Shown here: positions 10,782-19,883 of the stretch, in pieces
Position numbering within the stretch: position 1 is the stretch's first letter
Layout of the letters: every line of letters begins with the position of its first letter
Assembly (NCBI GenBank): GCA_963780225.1
Contig: CAWAAX010000024.1
Location: forward strand, 1-33,746
Source: an uncultured bacterium
GTDB lineage: Bacteria > Edwardsbacteria > AC1 > EtOH8
DNA: 33,746 bases
Reading direction: 5' to 3'
The notes under the pieces: model-generated
Told to the model about the DNA's origin: nothing
Databases searched by the model: none
The model's input: the letters and a program-made list of their open reading frames with translations, nothing else
Translations under genes and position numbers: made by a program

Positions 10782-11491
10782 CCCCCAAGAAGTTCTACGG
10801 CCAGGGGCTTCCCAACGTTGATCCGGCAAAGCTCACCGGCAAGCTGATCGTGATAGAAGGAGCCGACGGCTCCGGGCGCACCACCCAGATCAACCTCCTC
10901 AGCGACTGGCTGGAGCGGCTGGGCTACGCCACCACCCGGGTGGGTTTGAAGCGGTCGAAGCTGGTGGGGGCCGAGCTGGAGGAGGCCATGCAGGGCAATA
11001 CCCTCAGCCCCATCACCCTGTCGCTGTTCTACGCCACAGATTTTGCCGACCAGCTGGAGAAGACCATCATCCCTGCGCTGAAGTCCGATTTCATCGTGCT
11101 GGCCGACCGCTACATCTACACCCTGATGGCCCGGGACATCGCCCGGGGGGTGGACCCGGCCTGGGTGCGCGAAGTCTACGGCATCGCTTTGGTCCCGGAT
11201 GCGGTCTTTTACCTGAAGGCCGGCCCGGAGCTTCTGGCCGAGCGGAACTTCAAGAACAAGGGCGGTCTGGACTACTGGGAATCCGGCATGGACATTCAGC
11301 GCAGCGGCGACCGCTACGAGTGCTTCATAAAATACCACCGGAAGATCCAGAACATCTTCGGGGAGATGCAGGAGCATTACGGGTTCGAGTCCGTCAACGC
11401 CGGAAGGGCGCCCAACACCATCTCCCAGGACCTGATCTCCAAAGTCAGGTTCATATTGAGCCCGTTGGAGCTGAACGGCCAGGAAGAGTAG
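10763..11491 (+). CDS. Thymidylate-kinase-fold protein, degenerate P-loop (putative regulatory subunit)
   Basis: LIVIEGADGSGRTT (Walker A Lys replaced by Arg), TDFADQ, VLADRY; paralog of the upstream gene, overlapping it by 19 nt. Confidence 0.8.
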   Translation: MENIALTPKKFYGQGLPNVDPAKLTGKLIVIEGADGSGRTTQINLLSDWLERLGYATTRVGLKRSKLVGAELEEAMQGNTLSPITLSLFYATDFADQLEKTIIPALKSDFIVLADRYIYTLMARDIARGVDPAWVREVYGIALVPDAVFYLKAGPELLAERNFKNKGGLDYWESGMDIQRSGDRYECFIKYHRKIQNIFGEMQEHYGFESVNAGRAPNTISQDLISKVRFILSPLELNGQEE

Positions 11492-11520
11492 GTATGCAGA
11501 ATCCTAGTTTTACCGGGGCA

Positions 11521-11680
11521 GACAGGATTAACATGATTTCACGGATTTGATTTTAAAAATCAAATAGAAATCCAAGGAGATAATCTCAAAAAATATCCAT
11601 GGAGAACCTTGTATAGTAAATAATTTTCGTGCCGTTTCGTGTGTTTCGTGGGTGGAAATAAAAATCATGTAAATCCTGTC
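11521..11680. repeat. 160-bp non-coding segment bounded by 19-bp inverted repeats (MITE-like)
   Basis: GACAGGATTAACATGATTT (11521-11539) vs AAATCATGTAAATCCTGTC (11662-11680), 18/19 complementary; contains a TTTCGTG-based tandem repeat at about 11625-11652. Confidence 0.6.
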
Positions 11681-11690
11681 AAAAATATTC

Positions 11691-12197
11691 ATGGAACTAT
11701 ACATACTACGACACGGGCTGGCCGGGGAGTACGGGGATCCCCGCTACCCCGACGACAGCCAGAGGCCGCTGACCGCCGAAGGCAAACGGAAGATGCACCA
11801 GGCGGCGTTGGGCATGAAGGCCATGGGAATAACTTTTGATATGGCTTTTACCAGCCCGTACCTCCGGGCCCGGCAGACCGCCGAGATCGTCTGCGATCAA
11901 TTGGACTGTTCCAAAGCATTGCACATCACCGAGAACCTGGAGCCCGGCCGGGATCCCCGAAGGTTAATAGCGGAGATCAACGAGCACGATTTGAAAAACA
12001 AAAGCGTGCTGATAGCCGGGCACGAGCCATTTTTAAGCGGATTGATCTCTTATTTAATCTCCGGCAGCCACATCCCCCAGATTGAATTTAAGAAGGGGGC
12101 CTTGTGTAAGCTGGAGGTTAAAGAGTTGAAATACGGCCGTTGCGCTGCGTTACATTGGTTGTTGACAAGCAAGCAGTTGGGTTTGATATCTAAATAA
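11691..12197 (+). CDS. sixA: Phosphohistidine phosphatase SixA
   Basis: LYILRHG, D..RPLT.EG, TSPY.RA.QTA, LIAGHEP, FKKGA. Confidence 0.92.
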   Translation: MELYILRHGLAGEYGDPRYPDDSQRPLTAEGKRKMHQAALGMKAMGITFDMAFTSPYLRARQTAEIVCDQLDCSKALHITENLEPGRDPRRLIAEINEHDLKNKSVLIAGHEPFLSGLISYLISGSHIPQIEFKKGALCKLEVKELKYGRCAALHWLLTSKQLGLISK

Positions 12198-12218
12198 TAA
12201 AAGAAGACAGCCCAACGC

Positions 12219-12247
12219 TTGACAAAGTTTATAAATTGAGTTACACT
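12219..12247 (+). promoter_or_regulatory. Sigma70-type promoter for the peptidase operon
   Basis: TTGACA (12219-12224), 17-bp spacer, TACACT (12242-12247) in an AT-rich intergenic region. Confidence 0.7.
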
Positions 12248-12450
12248 AATAAGTTAGGTAGAAATTACTGCATAGTGGGTAAAATATGCACGTTTTTATA
12301 GAAACCCAATTGTCTTTTTGATAATCTAACTTATTTACAGCATAAAGTGCATGGAAAACTAGTTGTTGCGGTTATTTACTATCTGATGAAGTTTAGACAA
12401 CAGGACTATTTTTGTGGTAATATTCTGCACTATAAAAAGCGGAGAAATAC

Positions 12451-15400
12451 ATGAAACTTAATGGCATAAAAATGGCTGTTATCGGTTTGGTGCTATTTGC
12501 TATGACCGGGGCGGCTAATGCCCAATGGGTGGCAGTTGTCCCGGCCGATCCGGCTCAAAAGACTGTCAGCCTGTTACAAAACGGTTATCAGCAGATAACG
12601 TTTGAGATCAATGTTCCCGGCTTTGAGAAAAGTTCCGTGAAGACCAAGAACGGGTACTTTGATCTGCTGACCATTCCCGGCCACGGTTACAATACAGCCA
12701 TTGGCCAGCCCAAACTTCCGGTGATATCCGAATGGCTGGAGATACCACAGGGTGCCACGGCCACAGCGGAATATCAGATACTGGAAAGCAGGGAGATCAG
12801 TCTTAAAGAACTGGGAATTGAGCAGAAGATAGTCCCGGTGCAGCACCCGGTGCCCAAGATTGAAGGCGCTGCGGAAAAGATACCATTTGCCATGGACGGC
12901 GACATTTACACCAAAGACGAATATTTCGGCCAGCCCCGGGTTGCTCTTTCCAAACCGGTAACCATGAGGGCCAAACGAGCGTTGCTGGCCAGCTTTTGGC
13001 CGGTGTCCTATAATCCAGTAACCGGGATGCTGAAGATAGCCACCAAGGTCAAGGTTACGGTCACTCTATCCGGTTCGAACCAGGCCCTCACCAGCAGCAT
13101 ATATCAAAAATATTCCTCAAAACTATACGACCGGAATATCACCGGGACCACCATAAATGAACTGGTAATAGTCAAGACAACCAAAGTGGTTCCCCCGGCC
13201 CCGGTCAACCAGCTGGTGATAGTGGTGGACTCTTTCTCCTCCGGCATCCAGCCGTTGGTGGACTGGGACACCCGCAAGGGCTATTATGTAACGGTGACCA
13301 AGACCTCGGAGATACCAGGCGGGGCCGACCCTTCGCACATCCGCCAGTATATCCAGTCGGTCTATGACGGGGCCAACCCGCCGGACCTGGTTCTTTTAGT
13401 GGGGGACGTTAACGGCATTCCAGCTTACCGCAGCATAGAACTTGACAATCCCTATACCGATCTATACTATTCCACCATGGCCGGCAGCGACATCATCCCC
13501 GATCTTTATGTCAGCCGTATCTCGGTGACCAACACCACGCAACTTGGGAACTATATTGCCAAGTATCTCAATTATCAGAAGGGCATTTGGGGAACTTCCC
13601 AGGATTGGATGAATAAGGCCTATCTTACTGGTTCAGACGATCCCACTTATCATACCTTTGCCGAGGCCACCGATAATTACTGCATGGCTTTGGCCCGGGC
13701 CCATGGTATGACCTGTGATTCGTTATATGATTATTACAATACCGGCACTCCGGTAGCCGATGCGTTTAATGAAGGCCGGACAGCAATGGCCTATACCGGG
13801 CATGGTTCCCAAACAAGCTGGGGTGGACCCAGTTTTATCCAGGACAATATCGATGCCCTGGCTAATACCTACATGTCCACCTTTGTGGCCAGCTTTGCCT
13901 GTCTGACCGGCGATTTTAACTACGGCGAATGTTTTGGCGAGACCTGGATCAGGGCGGAAGATAAGGGAGCCATTGCTTACTGGGGTTCGTCGGTTTATTC
14001 ATACTGGGACGAAGATGATATATTACAGCGCCGGATGTTCGACGCCTTTCTGGATAGTGGTTATACCCTGATCGGCGGAATGACGATTAAAGCCAAGCTG
14101 GATTTTGGCCGTTTTTACAACTGGGATAATGCAGTCAGTGTCACCGTAACGCGTTATTTTGAGCAATACAATATCCTGGGCAACGCCGGGGTGGATCTGT
14201 ACACCCATCAGCCGGTGGCAATGACGGTAACACATCCTGACAGCATATCTGCCTGGCTCAGTCAAATAACTGTTAATGTTGATACTAATGGACCTGTGTC
14301 AGATGCATTAGTGGCTGTTTACCGGCCAAGCACAAAAACGCTTCTGTTTTCCGGCTATACCGACGCTTCCGGTAATGTAACTTTTAATATAAACCCGGGA
14401 GTGTTTGATAGTTTAGCGATAACAGTTACCGCTCATAATTGCGTTCCGTATCTGGGCACCATGCAGACCTATTCCGATGGTCCCTATGTCGCTTATTTAA
14501 AAAACACAATTGACGATGCCACCTGGAATAATGATGGAGTTCTGAACCCCAATGAAACCGACGGAATTTTGCTTTGGCTTAAGAATTATGGGAACGACAC
14601 AGCCAAAGCAGTAAGTGCCAAGATCAGAACCAGCGATGCCTATATTTCCTTCATCGATTCTTCCGAAAGCTACGGGAACCTTGCTCCTGGAGATTCCTTT
14701 GGAATTTTGGGGTATTCGCTGAATGTATCTGCTTCCGCACCGGACAGTCACAGCGCCTTGTTCACGGTGGAATGCCGGGACATCCGGGATACGGTATGGC
14801 GATCCGGCTACAGTCAGCTGATAAGAGCCCCGGTGTTGGGATATAAGTCGCAGGTGATCATTGATCCCTTGGCTGGCGGCAACAACAATCATATTTTGGA
14901 GGCCGGTGAGAGCGACAGCATCCGGGTAATGATCAAAAACAGCGGTGGGCAGATCGCTACGGGCACTGCCGCCCTGCTTAGCACATCGGACCCGTATCTG
15001 ACCATAACCGGGAACAGCGCTTCTTACGGGGACATTGGTGCCAGCGACAGCGCGGCTTCGTCCCCGGCCTATTATGTTACGATCGGCGCTCCTCCGGTCA
15101 CGCCTTATTTTGTCTGGGTAAGACTCAATATCAGCTCCTTAAGCGGCGGTTATGCCAAGACCGACAGTTTCCGGGTGGCGATAGGAAGCGCTGGGTTCTT
15201 TGACAATGTCGAGGATACAGATGTCACCGTAAAATATTCAGTAGAATCACAGTGGCATGTTACCGGACAAAGTTCTTACAGCCCGGGACACAGCTGGTGG
15301 TGTGGCGACAGCGCATCGGGGTTGTACGGAAACTTGATTAACGCATCTTTAGCCACTCCGGAGATCATCATTGGCTCCAACAGCGCCTTCAGTTTTTGGC

Positions 15401-16332
15401 ATAAGTATGACACTGAATTGTACTATGACTATGGCTATGTGGAATATAGTACGAATAGCGGGACCAGTTGGAATAATCTTGCCACTTTTAACGGGTCGAG
15501 CGCCATCTGGAAAAAACAAATTTACGATCTTTCTTTTTTGCCGCTGGGTGCGGTCGTTAAAATAAGGTTCCGGTTTTATTCTGACGTATCGGTTACTGGT
15601 CAGGGCTGGTTTATTGATGATATATCGCTTATTGATAATCAGTTGGTCAACATCTGGCCCGGGGATTGCGACAATAACAGTATGGTCAATGCTTTGGACG
15701 TTTTGCCGATAGGGATGTATTGGAATGCCATGGGCCTGCCCCGGTCCGACGCCAGTACCAGCTGGTCCGGTCAGCCCGGTTTCATCTGGCCCACAGGCTC
15801 CGCCTGTTATGCTGACTGCGACGGCAACGGCACCGTTAATATTCAGGATGTACTGGCGATCGGCCAGAACTGGCGCCAAAGCCACAGCATAACCAAGGGA
15901 CCAGCCAGAGATAGCTGGAATCCTGAAAATATTGATCTTAGCCCGTACTTAAATAATTATCTTGAAATTTACCGGGGATTATCAGGTGAAAGCGAAGCGG
16001 TGCTGGAAATAAAGCGGGTGCTGGACAGCATATTCAGTCAATACAGTCAAAACCAGCAACAATATTCGATGAATGTCCGCCCGGCCGGAGGCTATGGCGT
16101 TTGGCGGATAGAGTGCAATGTCCCCCGGGATACCAAGCTTTCCCTTAAAATATACAATATCATGGGACAGGAAGTAAAAACCATCAACAACGGACAGCTG
16201 AAGGCCGGCCAGCATACCTGGGTATGGCCTGGGGTTAATAATGAACAACGGAAAGTGGCCTCTGGTCTGTATATCTGCCGGTTGGAAGCTTCAGGGTACA
16301 GTAAAACAGTCAAGATGGTAGTTGTCCGGTAA
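12451..16332 (+). CDS. Gingipain-like C25 cysteine peptidase with propeptide, beta-sandwich domains, dockerin and FlgD-Ig/T9SS-like C-terminal domain
   Basis: Signal peptide; propeptide (G.PKLP); VLLVGD, TDLYY, catalytic YTGHGS and FACLTG, YNILG; dockerin repeats GDCDNNSMVNALD and ADCDGNGTVNIQD; tail LKIYNIMGQEVKT...SGLYICRL...KMVVVR. Confidence 0.9.
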   Translation: MKLNGIKMAVIGLVLFAMTGAANAQWVAVVPADPAQKTVSLLQNGYQQITFEINVPGFEKSSVKTKNGYFDLLTIPGHGYNTAIGQPKLPVISEWLEIPQGATATAEYQILESREISLKELGIEQKIVPVQHPVPKIEGAAEKIPFAMDGDIYTKDEYFGQPRVALSKPVTMRAKRALLASFWPVSYNPVTGMLKIATKVKVTVTLSGSNQALTSSIYQKYSSKLYDRNITGTTINELVIVKTTKVVPPAPVNQLVIVVDSFSSGIQPLVDWDTRKGYYVTVTKTSEIPGGADPSHIRQYIQSVYDGANPPDLVLLVGDVNGIPAYRSIELDNPYTDLYYSTMAGSDIIPDLYVSRISVTNTTQLGNYIAKYLNYQKGIWGTSQDWMNKAYLTGSDDPTYHTFAEATDNYCMALARAHGMTCDSLYDYYNTGTPVADAFNEGRTAMAYTGHGSQTSWGGPSFIQDNIDALANTYMSTFVASFACLTGDFNYGECFGETWIRAEDKGAIAYWGSSVYSYWDEDDILQRRMFDAFLDSGYTLIGGMTIKAKLDFGRFYNWDNAVSVTVTRYFEQYNILGNAGVDLYTHQPVAMTVTHPDSISAWLSQITVNVDTNGPVSDALVAVYRPSTKTLLFSGYTDASGNVTFNINPGVFDSLAITVTAHNCVPYLGTMQTYSDGPYVAYLKNTIDDATWNNDGVLNPNETDGILLWLKNYGNDTAKAVSAKIRTSDAYISFIDSSESYGNLAPGDSFGILGYSLNVSASAPDSHSALFTVECRDIRDTVWRSGYSQLIRAPVLGYKSQVIIDPLAGGNNNHILEAGESDSIRVMIKNSGGQIATGTAALLSTSDPYLTITGNSASYGDIGASDSAASSPAYYVTIGAPPVTPYFVWVRLNISSLSGGYAKTDSFRVAIGSAGFFDNVEDTDVTVKYSVESQWHVTGQSSYSPGHSWWCGDSASGLYGNLINASLATPEIIIGSNSAFSFWHKYDTELYYDYGYVEYSTNSGTSWNNLATFNGSSAIWKKQIYDLSFLPLGAVVKIRFRFYSDVSVTGQGWFIDDISLIDNQLVNIWPGDCDNNSMVNALDVLPIGMYWNAMGLPRSDASTSWSGQPGFIWPTGSACYADCDGNGTVNIQDVLAIGQNWRQSHSITKGPARDSWNPENIDLSPYLNNYLEIYRGLSGESEAVLEIKRVLDSIFSQYSQNQQQYSMNVRPAGGYGVWRIECNVPRDTKLSLKIYNIMGQEVKTINNGQLKAGQHTWVWPGVNNEQRKVASGLYICRLEASGYSKTVKMVVVR

Positions 16333-16354
16333 AATGCAAAGAAGCGAGATAAAA

Positions 16355-17149
16355 ATGAAAAAAGCACTGTTAATCTGCCTGGCAGTTTGTGCCGGCGGTC
16401 TTCTGATCATGGGCTGCAGTAAGAAGGATGCCACCACCGTAAACACCAATAGTGCACCTCAGGCGGTAACGCTTAAGGTGACGGATAGCACTGCCGCGGC
16501 CATTGATCTGTCCTGGACCCGCAATGGGGATAACGACTTTGCCTGCTACCGTCTTTACCGCGCCAATGGTTATGCCAATTACCTGGTAAAGACCATCAGC
16601 GTCCAAGGCGATACTTCTTATAAAGACAGCTTGCTGTCGCCCAGCCATAACTATACCTATTTTGTGGCCGTGGTGGATTCTGGAAACCTGGCCAGCCAGA
16701 GCAACCTGTTGCCGGCAAGCACCCTGGGAATCGCTGACTTGACGCTGGGAATGGATCCCCGCTATTTGGAGACGGCCTCCGGAAGAACCTTTGCCATGGA
16801 GGTCTGGGTTGAAGATGTGGACTCTTTATTCGGAGCGTCCTTTGAGCTTTGCTATGACAGCACCAGTCTGGTGGCCGACTCGGCCCGAGCCGGAAGCTTT
16901 TTGGGGAGCGATGTGATATTCTTCAGCCATACCGCATCCGGCCTGGCCAGCGTCTCGGTAACCCTGTTATCAGGGGCGGTGGAGGTCAGCGGCAGCGGTT
17001 CTCTGGCCGTGGTGTATTTTCACTCAACCGGAACGGGGACTAAGGATATCACCTTTTCGCCGATCGTGGCCTTACAGAAATCCAATGGCAGCGATATTAC
17101 TGGATTTTCTACACTGGCGAAATGGACGGCAAACCTGATAATCCAATGA
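16355..17149 (+). CDS. Lipoprotein with fibronectin type III and cohesin-like domains
   Basis: MKK plus hydrophobic stretch plus lipobox IMGC; Fn3 (IDLSWT...YRLYR...YKD..L.P...YTY.V.VVD); cohesin pattern GRTFAMEVWV..V..LFGASFEL.YD...L......GSFL...VSGSGSLAVVYF. Confidence 0.8.
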   Translation: MKKALLICLAVCAGGLLIMGCSKKDATTVNTNSAPQAVTLKVTDSTAAAIDLSWTRNGDNDFACYRLYRANGYANYLVKTISVQGDTSYKDSLLSPSHNYTYFVAVVDSGNLASQSNLLPASTLGIADLTLGMDPRYLETASGRTFAMEVWVEDVDSLFGASFELCYDSTSLVADSARAGSFLGSDVIFFSHTASGLASVSVTLLSGAVEVSGSGSLAVVYFHSTGTGTKDITFSPIVALQKSNGSDITGFSTLAKWTANLIIQ

Positions 17150-17166
17150 TCTGTAAATCATATAAG

Positions 17167-17199
17167 ACTGGCGTTTTCACAATCAATGAAAACGCCAGT
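17167..17199 (+). terminator. Intra-operon 13-bp perfect stem-loop (partial terminator or mRNA-stabilising hairpin)
   Basis: ACTGGCGTTTTCA-caatcaa-TGAAAACGCCAGT; no long U tract follows. Confidence 0.6.
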
Positions 17200-17223
17200 T
17201 GATCATTTAAGAGAAAGGCGATC

Positions 17224-19845
17224 ATGAAAAAGTTGATTGTTATGGGACTGCTGGCTCTGGTTCTAACCGGCCAGGCGGTTGCGGTCAAGCAATTGGTGAT
17301 GGTAAGATATTCGCAAAAAGAGGAACTGGAAAATATTCTGACCAACCCCAGGCTGGATGTGTTGAAAATAAAACCCGGTTACGGAGTGGAATGCCTGGCT
17401 GATGATTCCGAAGTATCCAGTTTGCAAAGCCAGGGATTCTCCATAGATGTGATAATCGCCGACATCATTGCCTATAACCGGAAGATCAAGGCTGATTACA
17501 AATCGGATTCTTTCGGCCCCTATTTCAGCTATGCCGAGGCCGTGGCCGAAATGAACAACCTGCATGCCCAGTATCCTTCCTTGGTCTCCGCGCCGGAATC
17601 GCTGGGCGCCGGGTGGGAGCATCGTCCGGTGTGGGCTTTTAAATTGTCAAGCAGCCCCAATGTCGACAATGGCAAGCCGGGAGTTCTTTATACCGGGGTG
17701 CACCATGCCCGGGAGCCCATAGGGGTAACCATCAATCTGGGGTTTGCCAGATATCTTTGTCAGAATTACAACACTGATTCCGGGATAAAAACATTGGTGG
17801 ACAACCGGCAGATATGGTTTGTACCCATAGTAAACCCCGATGGTTACGTATATAATCAAACATATTCAGAATCTTTGTGGCGCAAGAACCGGCGCAACAA
17901 TGGGGACGGGAGCTATGGCGTAGACCTGAACCGGAATTACCCTTATATGTGGGGTTACGACAATATCGGCTCCAGCCCCACCCCTTCAGCTGAAACCTAC
18001 CGCGGGCCTTCCGCCGGTTCCGAGCCGGAGGTCCAGGCGGTGATGAGGTTGATGACTCGCGAGCAGTACTTTAAAACGGCTTTGAACTATCACGCCTATG
18101 GCAACTACTGGATATACCCCTGGGGCTATATCACCGATCCTGTACCAGATGCCACAGTGTACCGGGACTTGGGAACCGAGATCGCCGGCTTAAACGGATA
18201 TTTATTTGGTACAGGCTACGAAACCGTCGGCTATCCCACCAATGGCGACTCCGATGACTGGATGTATGGAGATCTATTATGTTTCGCCTTTACGCCGGAG
18301 GTGGGGGAGTACTTTTGGCAGGCCGATACCACCACTATCGTCCAACAATTCAACGAAAATCTGATGCCCAACATTCTAACAGCCCAGGCAGCAGGTGTGT
18401 ACCCCGTACCCACCGGAAAAACAGCAGTAGCCGGAGGCGATGGCGATACCCTGGCCGAGCCCGGAGAGCTTTTAAACCTGTCGGTTGAAGTCAAAAACCA
18501 GGCTATGGATGCGGCGGCCAATGGCATAACAGGGATCTTGGGAAGCAGCGATCCCTATTTGGAAATAAAGGATGCCTCGGGCGCTTTTGGAGATATTTCG
18601 CCGCGCATTACAAAATATAATACAGTTCCGTTCACGATCAGCATTGATTCGGATTGTCCGGCCGGCCATACTGCAGATTTTACAGTCAACCTTCAGGATG
18701 ATCAGGGTACCGTATACCCCGGCCAGGTTCGTTTGACCATGACCGGCAGTATAGATACCATATTCAATGACGACGTGGAGACCGGGATCGGGGATTGGAC
18801 CCACAGCGGAACCGGAGACCTGTGGCATATTACCACGCATGACAGCCATTCTCCATCCAATAGTTGGTATTGCGGGAAAGAAGGACCTTGGCAATACAAC
18901 AATGACATGAACTGCCGGCTGGTATCTGAATCCATCACCGCGAAAAGTTATTATAACTTAACGTTCTGGCATCGCTATGGGCTGGAGCTCGACTGGGATT
19001 ATGCTTGCGTGGAAGTTTCCACCGATGATGGCCTGACCTGGACTCAGGCAGAGCCTAAGTTCAGCGGCACTTCAGATTGGAGCCAGCATTCTGTGGATCT
19101 TAGCGCTTATTCGGAAACGATCAGAATAGGCTTCTGGCTTAACACCGACGGATCAGTAATTGATGAAGGCTGGTATATAGACGATATCCTGGTAACCGGG
19201 GATACCTCCAGCAACCGGCCTCCGGAAAAGCCCATAGCTGTTTCCCCGGTAGGAGCATCGGTGGTATCAGATTCCCTGCCATATTTGACAGTAAATAATG
19301 CCAGTGATCCCAACGGCGATGCATTGACTTACGGGTTCAACATCTACGCCGATTCCTTGCTGACCAGCATTTATGCCCAGGGAAAGAACGTGGTCTCCGG
19401 CTCCGGCACTACGGCCTGGCAGTTAACTAAAGCTCTGATCCCTGGTTATTACTGGTGGCGGGCCTATGCCGATGACGGACAGGAAAGGGGGCTGTTCTCC
19501 GACAAGGCCAATTTTGTCTATCAACCCACCGGGGTACAGGATAATCCGGATCTACCTGCCATGCCTAAAATCTACTCCCTGGGGCAGTTTTTCCCCAATC
19601 CCAGTAGCGGGAATGCAATGGTAAAATATCAACTTCCCAAGGCCGGCCGGGTGAATCTTAAAATCTATAACGTTACCGGACAAATCATTAAAACCCTGGT
19701 AAGCGGCCATAAAATGGCCGGGTATTATTCCATCGGCTGGGACGGGCGTGATGATCAGGGGCAAAAGGCCCGCTCGGGGATATATTTTTACCAGTTGCAG
19801 ACCCCGGATTATTCCTCGACCCAAAAAATCACGGTGATCAGGTAA
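17224..19845 (+). CDS. Secreted M14 zinc carboxypeptidase (carboxypeptidase T-like) with accessory domains and FlgD-Ig/T9SS-like CTD
   Basis: HHAREP, PIVNPDGY, WRKNRR, GVDLNRNY, SEPE, NYHAYG, NGDSDDW, FTPEVG; CTD FPNP...LKIYN..GQ...SGIYFYQL. Confidence 0.92.
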   Translation: MKKLIVMGLLALVLTGQAVAVKQLVMVRYSQKEELENILTNPRLDVLKIKPGYGVECLADDSEVSSLQSQGFSIDVIIADIIAYNRKIKADYKSDSFGPYFSYAEAVAEMNNLHAQYPSLVSAPESLGAGWEHRPVWAFKLSSSPNVDNGKPGVLYTGVHHAREPIGVTINLGFARYLCQNYNTDSGIKTLVDNRQIWFVPIVNPDGYVYNQTYSESLWRKNRRNNGDGSYGVDLNRNYPYMWGYDNIGSSPTPSAETYRGPSAGSEPEVQAVMRLMTREQYFKTALNYHAYGNYWIYPWGYITDPVPDATVYRDLGTEIAGLNGYLFGTGYETVGYPTNGDSDDWMYGDLLCFAFTPEVGEYFWQADTTTIVQQFNENLMPNILTAQAAGVYPVPTGKTAVAGGDGDTLAEPGELLNLSVEVKNQAMDAAANGITGILGSSDPYLEIKDASGAFGDISPRITKYNTVPFTISIDSDCPAGHTADFTVNLQDDQGTVYPGQVRLTMTGSIDTIFNDDVETGIGDWTHSGTGDLWHITTHDSHSPSNSWYCGKEGPWQYNNDMNCRLVSESITAKSYYNLTFWHRYGLELDWDYACVEVSTDDGLTWTQAEPKFSGTSDWSQHSVDLSAYSETIRIGFWLNTDGSVIDEGWYIDDILVTGDTSSNRPPEKPIAVSPVGASVVSDSLPYLTVNNASDPNGDALTYGFNIYADSLLTSIYAQGKNVVSGSGTTAWQLTKALIPGYYWWRAYADDGQERGLFSDKANFVYQPTGVQDNPDLPAMPKIYSLGQFFPNPSSGNAMVKYQLPKAGRVNLKIYNVTGQIIKTLVSGHKMAGYYSIGWDGRDDQGQKARSGIYFYQLQTPDYSSTQKITVIR

Positions 19846-19883
19846 ACAATTAACTTTAGCCGTGCATTAAGGGAAAGGCGACC

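Noticed and set aside
10089..11491. Calling the pair canonical tmk
   Set aside because: Tandem paralogs, a degenerate P-loop in one copy and the ppx/sixA context argue against a simple dTMP kinase.
11639..11839. 66-aa ORF overlapping the sixA start
   Set aside because: It begins inside the repeat element and is out of frame with the well-supported sixA.
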